Under the pieces are notes generated by a model. It was not told where the DNA came from, did no database searches, and saw only the letters and a list, made by a program, of their open reading frames with translations. The position numbers and the translations under genes are program-made. From a bacterium (GTDB lineage Bacteria > Patescibacteriota > Microgenomatia > UBA12405), in the NCBI GenBank assembly GCA_029561175.1, contig JAKQJL010000025.1, positions 3,582-67,581 on the forward strand: a stretch of DNA of 64,000 nt. The letters are read 5' to 3'. This document shows, piece by piece, positions 37,032-46,466 of the stretch (positions are counted from its first letter, which is position 1; every line of letters starts with the position of its first letter).

Positions 37032-37955
37032 TTATAAATAAATTATATTTAATTTTTTAGTTGCCGTAATAAATACGGCTCCTTGACTTGGAGATGTTTT
37101 CTCTTCATTAGCACCACCACTAGATCGATAGTGTCTAATTATTTCACGACGATTTAAAAATTTACTTGGTCGTCTAATTTTAATATCTGAGAATCCTTGT
37201 TTTTTAATTACTCTGCATATTTTATTTATTGCCATGTCTGCTGAAATATTCTCACATCCTGCTATTCTGTCAAAATTGCCCTCACATAAAATCAATACTC
37301 CTTTGTCTGATAAGCAACGCCAAGACTCACTTATTATTCTTTCCAAACAACTATTACCCTTATTATCACTTTTTAATGCGTGAAATAAGTAATTTGTTTG
37401 AATACTTGATAATGAATCACTTGAAAATGGCAAATACAAGCCATCTGCGAAAATAAAACCAGGGGCGTTTTTGATTTCTCCTCCCTCAAGATCAATAATA
37501 TTTGTTTTTGCCTTCGGAAAAACACTTCTAACAGAAGCAGTGTATTCCAATGCTGTGTCCATAGTCATGGCTCCAATTAAAAGTGATCTGTAGTCTAGAC
37601 TTTCCCAGGTATTTCTTTGTTCTCGTAATACACTCTCATACGAAGATGCATATAGACCGTAGGAGTTGGAATAAGGTATACCTCCTTCAATTAATTCAGC
37701 TGATTGATGAAAGATTTGTAAGCTTTCTCGACCTAATCCATCAGCATCTGTCCCAATCCCACGATACTTTTCCCATAAATGTCCAATCTTATACCCTTCC
37801 GTCGTTTTTAGGGCGCTATTTAAATAAATTACTTCCTGTTGATCGATTTCGGATACTGGTTTTCCTAGCATTTGAGCAATTCGTTTGATTCCCATATCAA
37901 CTATTTGTTGCGGGGTGTCAACCATTACAAATCCTCTATTTTCTTTATTAGACAT
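37032..37955 (-). CDS. SAM-dependent methyltransferase-fold protein
   Basis: IIDLE, ADGLYLPFSSDSL, ESWRCLSDKGVLILCE; motif I degenerate. Confidence 0.65.
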   Translation of the reverse strand: MSNKENRGFVMVDTPQQIVDMGIKRIAQMLGKPVSEIDQQEVIYLNSALKTTEGYKIGHLWEKYRGIGTDADGLGRESLQIFHQSAELIEGGIPYSNSYGLYASSYESVLREQRNTWESLDYRSLLIGAMTMDTALEYTASVRSVFPKAKTNIIDLEGGEIKNAPGFIFADGLYLPFSSDSLSSIQTNYLFHALKSDNKGNSCLERIISESWRCLSDKGVLILCEGNFDRIAGCENISADMAINKICRVIKKQGFSDIKIRRPSKFLNRREIIRHYRSSGGANEEKTSPSQGAVFITATKKLNIIYL

Positions 37956-38108
37956 TGTCTGTATTATAGGACAAAATAGCTATAAGTCAATATTATAGGC
38001 TGGAACTAGTTTGATGTTTGCCTATATTTCATTATTCTCATATAATCATCTCAAAATTTTCGCAATCGAGGTCAAAAGTTTAAAAATGCTATTATTGTTT
38101 AACTCCCT

Positions 38109-38603
38109 ATGATTTCTAAGATAAAAATAGCGATATTGAGCTTAGTTACAATACCTTTTGCCCTATATTCTTTATTATTACTTGTATTATCTTTCTACAG
38201 CTTTCAGTTAATAGAATCAAACAATTTCTCAAATAATGAAATGATCTGGCAGATTTTTGGCGCTATTTTTTGTTTAGGATGGACAATTTACTTTGGAAAA
38301 AAGCTGATAAAACAATTTTTAATTAACAATTCCAAGTTAACCTCGATTATTGTAATTTTAATATCCGGGTATTTTGCCGTAATGTTTATTGATATGCCGT
38401 TTCAAATATTTTCATGTGTGGAGTCGTTGGGTAATCAACCGAAGTGTAATATAACTCTTAGTGTAGGAATAGATTGTATGCCAAAAATTGATATGCCAAT
38501 TGCTACCACTCGTAACGAAAGACTATTTCAGTCTATATTAAATACATTCAACCCAATTTCTGTTCGGGAAAATATTTTTGGTAATAACTGTGTTTCATAT
38601 TAA
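38109..38603 (+). CDS. Hypothetical membrane protein
   Basis: 3 TM plus Cys-containing tail. Confidence 0.65.
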   Translation: MISKIKIAILSLVTIPFALYSLLLLVLSFYSFQLIESNNFSNNEMIWQIFGAIFCLGWTIYFGKKLIKQFLINNSKLTSIIVILISGYFAVMFIDMPFQIFSCVESLGNQPKCNITLSVGIDCMPKIDMPIATTRNERLFQSILNTFNPISVRENIFGNNCVSY

Positions 38604-39001
38604 TGGAAGGATGCTCCGGTACAACGCCAATTAACCTCAGCTGTTTTTTTAACGATATCTACGACGCAAGCAGGATTGCAACCGGCTTTTTCTGGTGTAA
38701 GCAATAAATCAACCCACCATGTTCCCGTGTATTCATTACAAAGATAGTTTGAAGAAAAAGCTACTGGCGTTTCTTCCTCCATTCCACATTTGTTTTTTTG
38801 AGCAATACTACTCGCTTCTTGAAAACTAATTTCTACACCAGTATTTTTATCTTTACAAAACTGACCTTTAAGTTCTTCGCTCACAGGGATAGCTCCTCCC
38901 ACCGATCTTTCTTTTTGAATATAACTCTTAAATATCAAGACAAAAGTAAAAACCAAAAATAAAATTAATGCTAACGATACTACAAATACTATCTTTTTCA
39001 T
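38600..39001 (-). CDS. Hypothetical membrane-anchored Cys-rich protein
   Basis: CNEYTGTWWVDL...GCNPACVV...EVNWRCTG. Confidence 0.75.
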   Translation of the reverse strand: MKKIVFVVSLALILFLVFTFVLIFKSYIQKERSVGGAIPVSEELKGQFCKDKNTGVEISFQEASSIAQKNKCGMEEETPVAFSSNYLCNEYTGTWWVDLLLTPEKAGCNPACVVDIVKKTAEVNWRCTGASFH

Positions 39002-39063
39002 TAAATAATTTTACAACACATGTGATATTTGCTGGATCGCATAAAACGAAAATCTAAGTTTAC

Positions 39064-39621
39064 TTATAAAATCTTCCTAGGTGTAATCAACACCCCAATC
39101 AAGGAAACTAACGCCAATACGCTCATTATTACAAAAAGAATATTGAAACCTAGATAAGTAACAACAACCCCTCCAGCTACTGTGGCTGCGGCCACCATTA
39201 AATTGTTTATTATGTTCCAATTAGAATACTCCATAACCTCTTTACTATTGTCTAAGTGTTTTGCAAAAATAGCATTCCAAGCGGGAGTTCCCAATGATTC
39301 TCCAAGTCCCAATACAAATTGAACAAGTATTAATCCCGTTATGTCAGATACAAAAATATAACCCAACCAAGCCAAACATCTTACCAGAAAACCTCCTGCT
39401 AAAAGATATTCTTGTTCTTTAACTCTGTCGCCAAATTTACCAACAAAATATGTAAACAAGGTTGAAGAAAACATAAATACAGCCCAAGAAAAGCTTACTG
39501 AAATTATTTTGCTATCTATTTTATTTACGTATACTGCGTATAGTGGTCCCAGCAGAGAACTTGCAAAAACAAAAATTGAATTAAGTAAAAAAAGTACTTT
39601 AAGCGATCCGTTTATCTTCAC
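39064..39621 (-). CDS. Half-size (6-TM) MFS transporter
   Basis: GKFGDRV; PAWNAIFAKHLD; GTG start after TATACT. Confidence 0.85.
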   Translation of the reverse strand: MKINGSLKVLFLLNSIFVFASSLLGPLYAVYVNKIDSKIISVSFSWAVFMFSSTLFTYFVGKFGDRVKEQEYLLAGGFLVRCLAWLGYIFVSDITGLILVQFVLGLGESLGTPAWNAIFAKHLDNSKEVMEYSNWNIINNLMVAAATVAGGVVVTYLGFNILFVIMSVLALVSLIGVLITPRKIL

Positions 39622-39679
39622 AAATAAAGTATAACAGCTCAAAATTCAGTACTATAGTGTATTAGACAATAAGATAGTT

Positions 39680-40420
39680 CTATTCTTCGTTATACTCCAT
39701 AAATAAACGACCCTGACCAATTCTTTTAAAAGTTTCTGGTAATATCTTAAATTCTTTTAGATCTACTAAAACAGTCGCATTTTCACTTCCCAACATCCGA
39801 TCAAGATAAAATTTCACCGTTTTATCACCATACCCTGGATACCAATTGCCGATCTTAGTCTCATCGATATAAAACACAGCCCAATCATCTAGCAGTTTTT
39901 TCTCATCTTTGAGCACAACCTTTTTACCATCCTCCAAGTTATACAACGTTATCTCACTACCCTCACCGCCGTAAGTTATATAAAACAAGGGTAATTCATG
40001 CCCAGTATAAAAACCCAAATCAGCTACTCCACCAAATTCACAACTTTCCCCTTCAAATACTCTTCTTAGTTCGCCGTCTTCCTTTTGGAGATAAACTCTC
40101 TCACTACAGTACGGTTGTTCCGATGATCCATTGTCAACCATTTCCGTACTTTGAGTCCAATAAAGTCCATATATCTCTCCATTAAAGGGTGAGCTGCGGA
40201 CAATCTTTTCGATGGGTCTTATTTTTCCAGAATCACTTATCCCCACTCTATTACCCAATGTTACGAAACTAATTGATTTTTCATTTACCGGTACAACACT
40301 AGTTACCTTCACGTATCTCGTCCCAAAATAAAAGCCAACAAACGGCAGAGTTACGAATAAAAGTATGATGATTATTTTTAATAAGCGGGTTACAGTTGTA
40401 AATGATTGCGGTAATTGCAT
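39680..40420 (-). CDS. Hypothetical membrane-anchored protein
   Basis: LPQSFTTVT + TM (LPFVGFYFG) + soluble domain. Confidence 0.7.
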   Translation of the reverse strand: MQLPQSFTTVTRLLKIIIILLFVTLPFVGFYFGTRYVKVTSVVPVNEKSISFVTLGNRVGISDSGKIRPIEKIVRSSPFNGEIYGLYWTQSTEMVDNGSSEQPYCSERVYLQKEDGELRRVFEGESCEFGGVADLGFYTGHELPLFYITYGGEGSEITLYNLEDGKKVVLKDEKKLLDDWAVFYIDETKIGNWYPGYGDKTVKFYLDRMLGSENATVLVDLKEFKILPETFKRIGQGRLFMEYNEE

Positions 40421-40636
40421 AATTAAATATCTCATTTTGTGTTAATAAACACAAATGTATTAAAAATGCCTACTTTGGCTCGCTGAGTGGTACGAATTTA
40501 GAACTACTTCTATTGGTTGTTAATAAATATAAGAACTTCTTTGCTCATTAATTCTTCATTTGGTTCATAAGAATGAACTGTATAAAGAGTGCTGCTGCTT
40601 TTGTGTGTCACGGCACAGGGCGTGCTATTATAATTT

Positions 40637-41554
40637 ATGAAAGATACCACCGGAACATCCCCCTGGGAACACAAAAAGATAGTATTTTTAATACTGCTAG
40701 TTGCAATAGGAGTCTGTAGTTATCTCGTATATACAAACCAGAATCTGAAACATCAGATTGAAGGGAATAACGTTACTATTACAAATTCTGTAGAGGCGAC
40801 ACCAACACCTGTTTCAAAAACAGTATCCGAGATGAAAACTGCTCAAGAAAAAATTAAAGGAGATATGCGTTATATAGTAGGGTCTCCTTATTTAGAAGGA
40901 ATAGAGTGGCAATACTCTAGTGGAGGGGATGGAACGTGGCTGAATGATGAATATACGGCAGACTTAAACAAGACATTGCCGGCTTTACTGCCTGAAATTT
41001 TCCTACCCAAAACTGAAAGGTTTCCAACGGCGACACTATTCCTAGACACTAGATATAACAGCTATCACTGGGCTAATCAAAGGCAAGATTATGAGAACAA
41101 GTTCTTTTTGGTCGGACTAGTCGATACTAGCAGGATTCCTCAATTAAACTTAAAGACAATGTCAACATATAAAATGCCCCTCCTTTGCTCAAAAGACAAG
41201 TCATTGCTTGCAAGGAATAAATTTGGACACTTAGTGGTTTTTAATTGGAGACCATCATGTCCTGGAGTGAACGGTTTTGACGATCACCCAGAAGTTAACG
41301 CTAAAATTTTTGTACAACATAGTAATAAGTATGGGGATGTTACTACCAACATGGTAGAAGTAATATTAGTATTCCCTTCATACCTTGAACTTGCCGGAGA
41401 GGGCTTTATTGGTGATTACTCATACAGAGAAGTTACAAAAAGTAGTGTTCCGTATCAGAAATACTATAGTTATACAGAAAGTTACTTGAATTCTGCTTTT
41501 AAATTAATAGACTCTTTTGATGCAAATAAGAAATCGTCTCAGACGGGAACCTAG
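40637..41554 (+). CDS. Hypothetical membrane-anchored protein, atypical composition
   Basis: N-terminal TM, TPTP linker; more G/A-rich on + than native + genes. Confidence 0.7.
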   Translation: MKDTTGTSPWEHKKIVFLILLVAIGVCSYLVYTNQNLKHQIEGNNVTITNSVEATPTPVSKTVSEMKTAQEKIKGDMRYIVGSPYLEGIEWQYSSGGDGTWLNDEYTADLNKTLPALLPEIFLPKTERFPTATLFLDTRYNSYHWANQRQDYENKFFLVGLVDTSRIPQLNLKTMSTYKMPLLCSKDKSLLARNKFGHLVVFNWRPSCPGVNGFDDHPEVNAKIFVQHSNKYGDVTTNMVEVILVFPSYLELAGEGFIGDYSYREVTKSSVPYQKYYSYTESYLNSAFKLIDSFDANKKSSQTGT

Positions 41555-41603
41555 TAGCTTTTTAAGTGACGTGCGTGCTGGAAAAATACTTATGAGATTT
41601 ATG

Positions 41604-41676
41604 CTCCTCCGCGTGGACTCGAACCACGGACCAATCGCTTAACAGGCGATCGCTCTACCGACTGAGCTACAGAGGA
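41604..41676 (-). tRNA. tRNA-Asn(GTT); no encoded CCA
   Basis: TCCTCTG/CGGAGGA acceptor stem, ATCGC-CTGTTAA-GCGAT, CGTGG-TTCGAGT-CCACG. Confidence 0.95.
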
Positions 41677-42181
41677 ATGTAGTTTATTTAAAGAACTCTT
41701 GGATTATACCATTGCTAATGATTAGATAAAATAGTTTTGAACGCCAATAAAACACAAAAATTAAATATAACCTATATAATAGTATGATCTAGGAAAAAGA
41801 CACATAACATCCTGCCTATTGTCTTCTAAGAATAAACCTGTATAGTTATATTATAGATATGTAGGAAATTTGAAATATCTATAAGGGGGGGAAAGTATGA
41901 GATGTTTTGATCACCAGTCTGAGTGGAATGAAAGAACTTACGGAACCGTCCGGCGACACGATTGAGTAGTCAACGTCAGTAGAAATGTTGTTTTCAACAA
42001 TATTTAAGCAATGGCCTTTTTATCTTTTGATATAGTTCCAGCTTAAAAGAGACAATATAAGTTTTTATTAATTTAAAAGGAAAAATATGACCGACCTAGT
42101 AATGAAAAAAGACGAAGTAAAGAAAGAAACCGTCAAACCAGCTGAGACAGAAGTAAAGAAATCAGAATAAAATTCTAAAAT

Positions 42182-43099
42182 CTAATCTAAGATATTTTGT
42201 CGGAGAGTTTGAGCCAGCAAACTCGGTTTTTTATTTTTTGCCACAAAATCTTTGATATAGTCAATCACCTCAATGGTTGTTTTCCACCCCAACTCTTCTC
42301 TGGCTTTGTTTGGGGCTTCTCCCATTTCTGCTCGACCAGGGTAACCATCGATATACTCTATTTTGCCACCAAAAGCTTCCGCAATTTCAATAATCGAATA
42401 CTTATGGTTGCTTCCTAGGGTATATCCATCACCCTCACCTTTTTCGGCCACCAAAATCATCCCTTGAGCCAAATCACCCACATAAGTAAAGTTTCTTTTT
42501 TGAGTGCCCGGTTTTACAATCGTAAACGGTTGTCCTTTCAAATACATTTGTTCAAACTTAGCAATCAAAGTTCCATATTTTCCTTCACCTTTTTCTCTTG
42601 GTCCAAAAGCATTACAAAAATAACAAATCGCGTAGGGGAGTCCATACCATTTTCCATAATTGTTGATCAAATCAACATTCGTTGCTTTTGAATAAGCATA
42701 CGGATTTTGATGATGACCACCATCTCCCTCAATTGCAAATCGAGTACTCGATCCGGCATAAACCAATTTACAGTTTGGGCTTTTTCTCCAATATTCCACC
42801 ACTCTGGCAGTTCCAATTACATTCATTTCCAAAACTTTATCAACATCTTCAAAAGATGGGGTAACCCGAGCATATTCTCCCAAATGAAAAATTACATCTA
42901 TTTTTTCTGGTATTAATTTATCAATATCTTTGGTGTGTCCTTCCCGGTATTCAGCGCCATCAATATGATTGTTTTTGCTGCCATTAAAATAGTTATCCAA
43001 AGAGATTACTTGATAATTTGGGTTTTTAACTAATCGTTCGATTAGATGGGAACCAACATGGCCAGCCCCACCGGTTACTAATATATAACTCTTGCTCAT
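42182..43099 (-). CDS. NAD-dependent epimerase/dehydratase
   Basis: LVTGGAGHVG, YAGSS, PYAYSK, NAFGP, RNFTYV. Confidence 0.92.
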   Translation of the reverse strand: MSKSYILVTGGAGHVGSHLIERLVKNPNYQVISLDNYFNGSKNNHIDGAEYREGHTKDIDKLIPEKIDVIFHLGEYARVTPSFEDVDKVLEMNVIGTARVVEYWRKSPNCKLVYAGSSTRFAIEGDGGHHQNPYAYSKATNVDLINNYGKWYGLPYAICYFCNAFGPREKGEGKYGTLIAKFEQMYLKGQPFTIVKPGTQKRNFTYVGDLAQGMILVAEKGEGDGYTLGSNHKYSIIEIAEAFGGKIEYIDGYPGRAEMGEAPNKAREELGWKTTIEVIDYIKDFVAKNKKPSLLAQTLRQNILD

Positions 43100-43147
43100 A
43101 ACCAATATTAACAGACATCTAGAAATTTTTTTGGTAAACTAAAAACC

Positions 43148-43339
43148 ATGTCAAAAGAATATTACAAATTAGGTGATCTAAAAAATGTTCCCTCGTCAGA
43201 TACTGCAATACAAATTCCTCCCATCTGTATTGTTTGTCGTAATAGTTCAGACTGCAATTTGATTTTTACTTTTAATTTATTAAGACAACCTTTAGAAAAA
43301 CCTCTCCAAGATATTTGTCCTCGGTTTTGTTCTAACTAG
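43148..43339 (+). CDS. Small Cys-rich hypothetical protein
   Basis: 63 aa, CIVC..C..C..C; TAAACT-N7-ATG. Confidence 0.55.
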   Translation: MSKEYYKLGDLKNVPSSDTAIQIPPICIVCRNSSDCNLIFTFNLLRQPLEKPLQDICPRFCSN

Positions 43340-43353
43340 ACTATAATTAGCTA

Positions 43354-43716
43354 ATGAGAATTATTATCATAATTCTTCTTCTCTTATTTTTAAGTGTTCC
43401 TTTTACCATTGGTAAAACCGTTAAGTCTCACTGTCTTCAGTCCCAAAAATATCAACAACCAACCTGTGTCGATAACTTAATTTATCTAGTTCAAGATGAA
43501 ACCCAGAGTTTTCGTTCTCGAAATTCAGCCATTTGGACCTTAGGTCAATTAGGCAACAAAAAAGCTCTAACAGCTTTGCAAAAATATTACACTGGCAATA
43601 TTCCTCGTAAAGAATCTCTCGACAAAAATCTTAGCCAATACGAGTTAAAAAAAGCTATTAATCTGGTTAGCGGTGGTATCAATATCACCGCCATTTTCTG
43701 GCGTTACGGTTACTAA
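43354..43716 (+). CDS. HEAT-repeat membrane-anchored protein
   Basis: RNSAIWTLGQLGNKKAL, QYELKKAI. Confidence 0.8.
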   Translation: MRIIIIILLLLFLSVPFTIGKTVKSHCLQSQKYQQPTCVDNLIYLVQDETQSFRSRNSAIWTLGQLGNKKALTALQKYYTGNIPRKESLDKNLSQYELKKAINLVSGGINITAIFWRYGY

Positions 43717-43776
43717 TCATTTCATTGGAATTGTTAATTTGTTTTCTTTAAAAATTAATGATGTATAATCGTTCAA

Positions 43777-44496
43777 ATGGTTGAATCACCTAAAAGTAGA
43801 GTAATCCTCAAACTTAGTGGTGAATTGTTTGGTGAAAATGGTAATCACATTGATTTTGATAAATATGATTCCGTTGCTTTACAGCTAATCGAAATAAGAA
43901 GACAATCCCCTGAAATGCAAATTGCTATAGTTGTTGGTGGTGGTAATATTTTTCGTGGCCGCCAAGCCGATTCTCAAGTCGATCACACCGAAGCCGATTC
44001 TATGGGAATGATGGCCACTATCATCAATGGTCTTGGTCTTCGCGAAGCTTTTCTTCGAAATGGTCAAACAGACACTCGACTAATGACTTCAATATCAATG
44101 CCCGAAATCGCCGAACCATACATTAAACACAGAGGTCGTCATCATTTAGAACAAGGTCGTATTGTTATTATTGCTGGTGGTTTAGGAAGACCAAATTTTT
44201 CTACCGACTCGGCTGCTGCTCAGTGTGGTGCTGAATTGCAATGTGACAAACTTTATAAAGCCAGCACTGTTGATGGTATCTATGATTCTGATCCTCGGAA
44301 AAATCCTCAAGCAAAAAAACTTTCTAGAATAACTTTTCAGCAAGCTCTAGATAAGCAATTGGGAGTAATGGATTTAACTGCCTTTGCTATGTGTATGCGA
44401 TCCAATTTGCCAATTTTTGTTTTCGATATTAAAGATCTTAACCGTCTTCCCGAGGCCATTAATGGCAACTATTCTTTTGGAACTATCGTTCAGTAA
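43777..44496 (+). CDS. pyrH: UMP kinase
   Basis: LKLSGE, VVGGGNIFRG, MGMMAT, STDSAA, DGIYDSDP, VMDLTA. Confidence 0.96.
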   Translation: MVESPKSRVILKLSGELFGENGNHIDFDKYDSVALQLIEIRRQSPEMQIAIVVGGGNIFRGRQADSQVDHTEADSMGMMATIINGLGLREAFLRNGQTDTRLMTSISMPEIAEPYIKHRGRHHLEQGRIVIIAGGLGRPNFSTDSAAAQCGAELQCDKLYKASTVDGIYDSDPRKNPQAKKLSRITFQQALDKQLGVMDLTAFAMCMRSNLPIFVFDIKDLNRLPEAINGNYSFGTIVQ

Positions 44497-44499
44497 TCT

Positions 44500-45072
44500 A
44501 TGTGTGGCCGATTTGCTTTAGAACACAAAGATGATTTCGACACCCGTTTTCAGCTCGGAAATCATTTGGATTTAAATTCTAAATATGATTTTTTCCCCGG
44601 CTCCGAAACCCCAGTTATCGTTAAAGAAAACTTTAATTTCTTATGGTTAATGAAGTGGGGGCTAATTCCTTTTTGGGCCAAAGACAGGTCTATTGGCCAC
44701 CATCTTTTTAATGCTCGGGCCGAATCAGTTACCCAAAAACCATCTTTTAAAAAATCTTTTTTAGACAAACGTTGCCTTATTCCTGCTTCTGGTTTTTTTG
44801 AGTCCAAAAAATATATTCAAATCAAAGATCAACCCTATTTTTCTTTGGCTGGTCTCTACGACATTTGGGTTGATCCAGTTAGCGGTATCGAAAATTATAC
44901 TTATACTATTATTACTACCGAACCAAATTCAGCCATCAAACCGTTTCACCACCGAATGCCAGTAATTTTTAACCAAGCCAAAGAATCTATTTGGTTAAAT
45001 CCTTCTACTCCCGTTTCTTCACTTCAATCTCTATTAAAACCATACCCCAGCGAGTTAACATTAATCAAATGA
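44500..45072 (+). CDS. SRAP (SOS response-associated peptidase, abasic-site protector)
   Basis: MCGRF, WGLIP, NARAE, RCLIPASGFFE, HHRMPV. Confidence 0.95.
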   Translation: MCGRFALEHKDDFDTRFQLGNHLDLNSKYDFFPGSETPVIVKENFNFLWLMKWGLIPFWAKDRSIGHHLFNARAESVTQKPSFKKSFLDKRCLIPASGFFESKKYIQIKDQPYFSLAGLYDIWVDPVSGIENYTYTIITTEPNSAIKPFHHRMPVIFNQAKESIWLNPSTPVSSLQSLLKPYPSELTLIK

Positions 45073-45497
45073 TTTATCTTTTTGTCTTTTTTCTAATTTC
45101 AGTTTTAGTTTTTCTTTTTTCTCTCTATCAAAATTTTAGCCAACATCGCCAATTTACCGAAACTCCTTTTTTGTCTTGGTTGGGGATTTTTGTTTGGGGT
45201 GATGCCATTATTTTTGCTCCTTTTTGGATGATTAGTTCTCTTTTGTGTTTAACTGCCAAAAATCTAAACTTATTTTTATTTATCACTTCTCTTTTTTGGG
45301 TGGTTCGCAGTTTGGGTGAAACTATCTATTGGTTTAATCAGCAATTTTCAACTCTTAATCGCAATCCTCCCGAGCGCCTTTTTGGCTATCGGTTTATTAA
45401 AAACGATTCCATTTGGTTTATTTATCAAAACTTTTGGCAATGTTTAACGATTATCTCGGTTCTTTGTGCTATCTTTATTTATGGAAAAACGTTCTAA
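45069..45497 (+). CDS. Hypothetical membrane protein (RSLGET family), paralog of 62843-63292
   Basis: GIFVWGD, FWVVRSLGETIYWF.QQF. Confidence 0.75.
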   Translation: MIYLFVFFLISVLVFLFSLYQNFSQHRQFTETPFLSWLGIFVWGDAIIFAPFWMISSLLCLTAKNLNLFLFITSLFWVVRSLGETIYWFNQQFSTLNRNPPERLFGYRFIKNDSIWFIYQNFWQCLTIISVLCAIFIYGKTF

Positions 45498-46008
45498 TCT
45501 TCCTAAACTATTCATCATCTTTTTAATATTTCCTTTTTTAGTTTATTTTATTTCATTTTTATTAGTTCGCCGCGAAAGTCCATCTACGTACCGTTTTGCT
45601 ACTCCTACCCTAATTCCTTCTCCAGCTGTTGTTTGTAAACCAAACACTCTTCAGTTAGGTCATCTTTCCATTATCGATATCTCAGATCCTAAAAACATTA
45701 TCGAACCTACTGGAATAAAAGTTGATTCTCCTCTAAGATCAATAACAGTTAATAATCAAAAATATCAATTTAGTCGAGAGTATTATTCAGAAATTCTTCC
45801 TACTTCTGTTCCCGGTAAACAAAATTGTTATTCTGGTAGCGGCTATTACAAAGATTCGGTCGATGTGGCTAATTTAAAATTTGAGATTACTCAAGCAATT
45901 ACCATAAAATACTGTGGTCAAGAAAAACAAAAAATTGAGTCGAACTTATCAACCACTTCCATCGAGTCTCTTATAAAAACCATTGAATCTTTAGCTAGCC
46001 AATTATGA
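45481..46008 (+). CDS. Hypothetical membrane-anchored protein
   Basis: TM, PT linker, soluble domain. Confidence 0.65.
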   Translation: MEKRSNLPKLFIIFLIFPFLVYFISFLLVRRESPSTYRFATPTLIPSPAVVCKPNTLQLGHLSIIDISDPKNIIEPTGIKVDSPLRSITVNNQKYQFSREYYSEILPTSVPGKQNCYSGSGYYKDSVDVANLKFEITQAITIKYCGQEKQKIESNLSTTSIESLIKTIESLASQL

Positions 46009-46466
46009 AAACTATAATTCTTTATGATTCTCAATATGGCAATACCAAAAAAATTGCCCAAAGTTTAGCCGATACCGATAAATCAATCAAACTTTTTAGC
46101 GTTGATCAAATTAAATTATCAGATTTAAAAAATATTGATTTATTAGTTGTTGGTTCTCCTACTCAAGCCGGTCAGGCCACTGTTAATTTATTAAATTTTT
46201 TTAAAACCATTCCTTCTAATTATTTATCCGGTATTAAAGTGGCGGCATTCGACACTCGAATGAACGAGTCTACTCTTAGTTTTTTTCTAAAAATTTTGGT
46301 TAAAATTATTGGCTACGCTTCTCCCAAAATCTTAAAAAAATTAGTTTCTCTTGGCGGTCAACCTTTAGGTGAATCTGGTTTTTTAGTTCAATCTCAAAAA
46401 GGCCCTCTCTGCGACGACGAATTCGAGCTCGCTCTTGACTGGTTTAAAAAGATTCTTAAAAGCTAA
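46005..46466 (+). CDS. Flavodoxin
   Basis: YDSQYGNT, VGSPT, AAFDTR. Confidence 0.92.
   Translation: MKTIILYDSQYGNTKKIAQSLADTDKSIKLFSVDQIKLSDLKNIDLLVVGSPTQAGQATVNLLNFFKTIPSNYLSGIKVAAFDTRMNESTLSFFLKILVKIIGYASPKILKKLVSLGGQPLGESGFLVQSQKGPLCDDEFELALDWFKKILKS

Larger units (their letters stand above)
25831..41603. other. Accessory/variable region adjoining the tRNA-Asn 3' end
   Basis: No core genes; many unrelated small genes, gene remnants and compositionally different ORFs; no integrase seen; left boundary approximate. Confidence 0.55.

Noticed and set aside
25831-41603. Prophage, integron cassette array or DGR
   Set aside because: No phage structural genes, integrase, reverse transcriptase, TR/VR pair or recurring attC-like spacer seen
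41963-41965. TGA recoding (code 25)
   Set aside because: TGA terminates conserved genes here (e.g. SRAP, GIY-YIG) and long genes are intact in code 11
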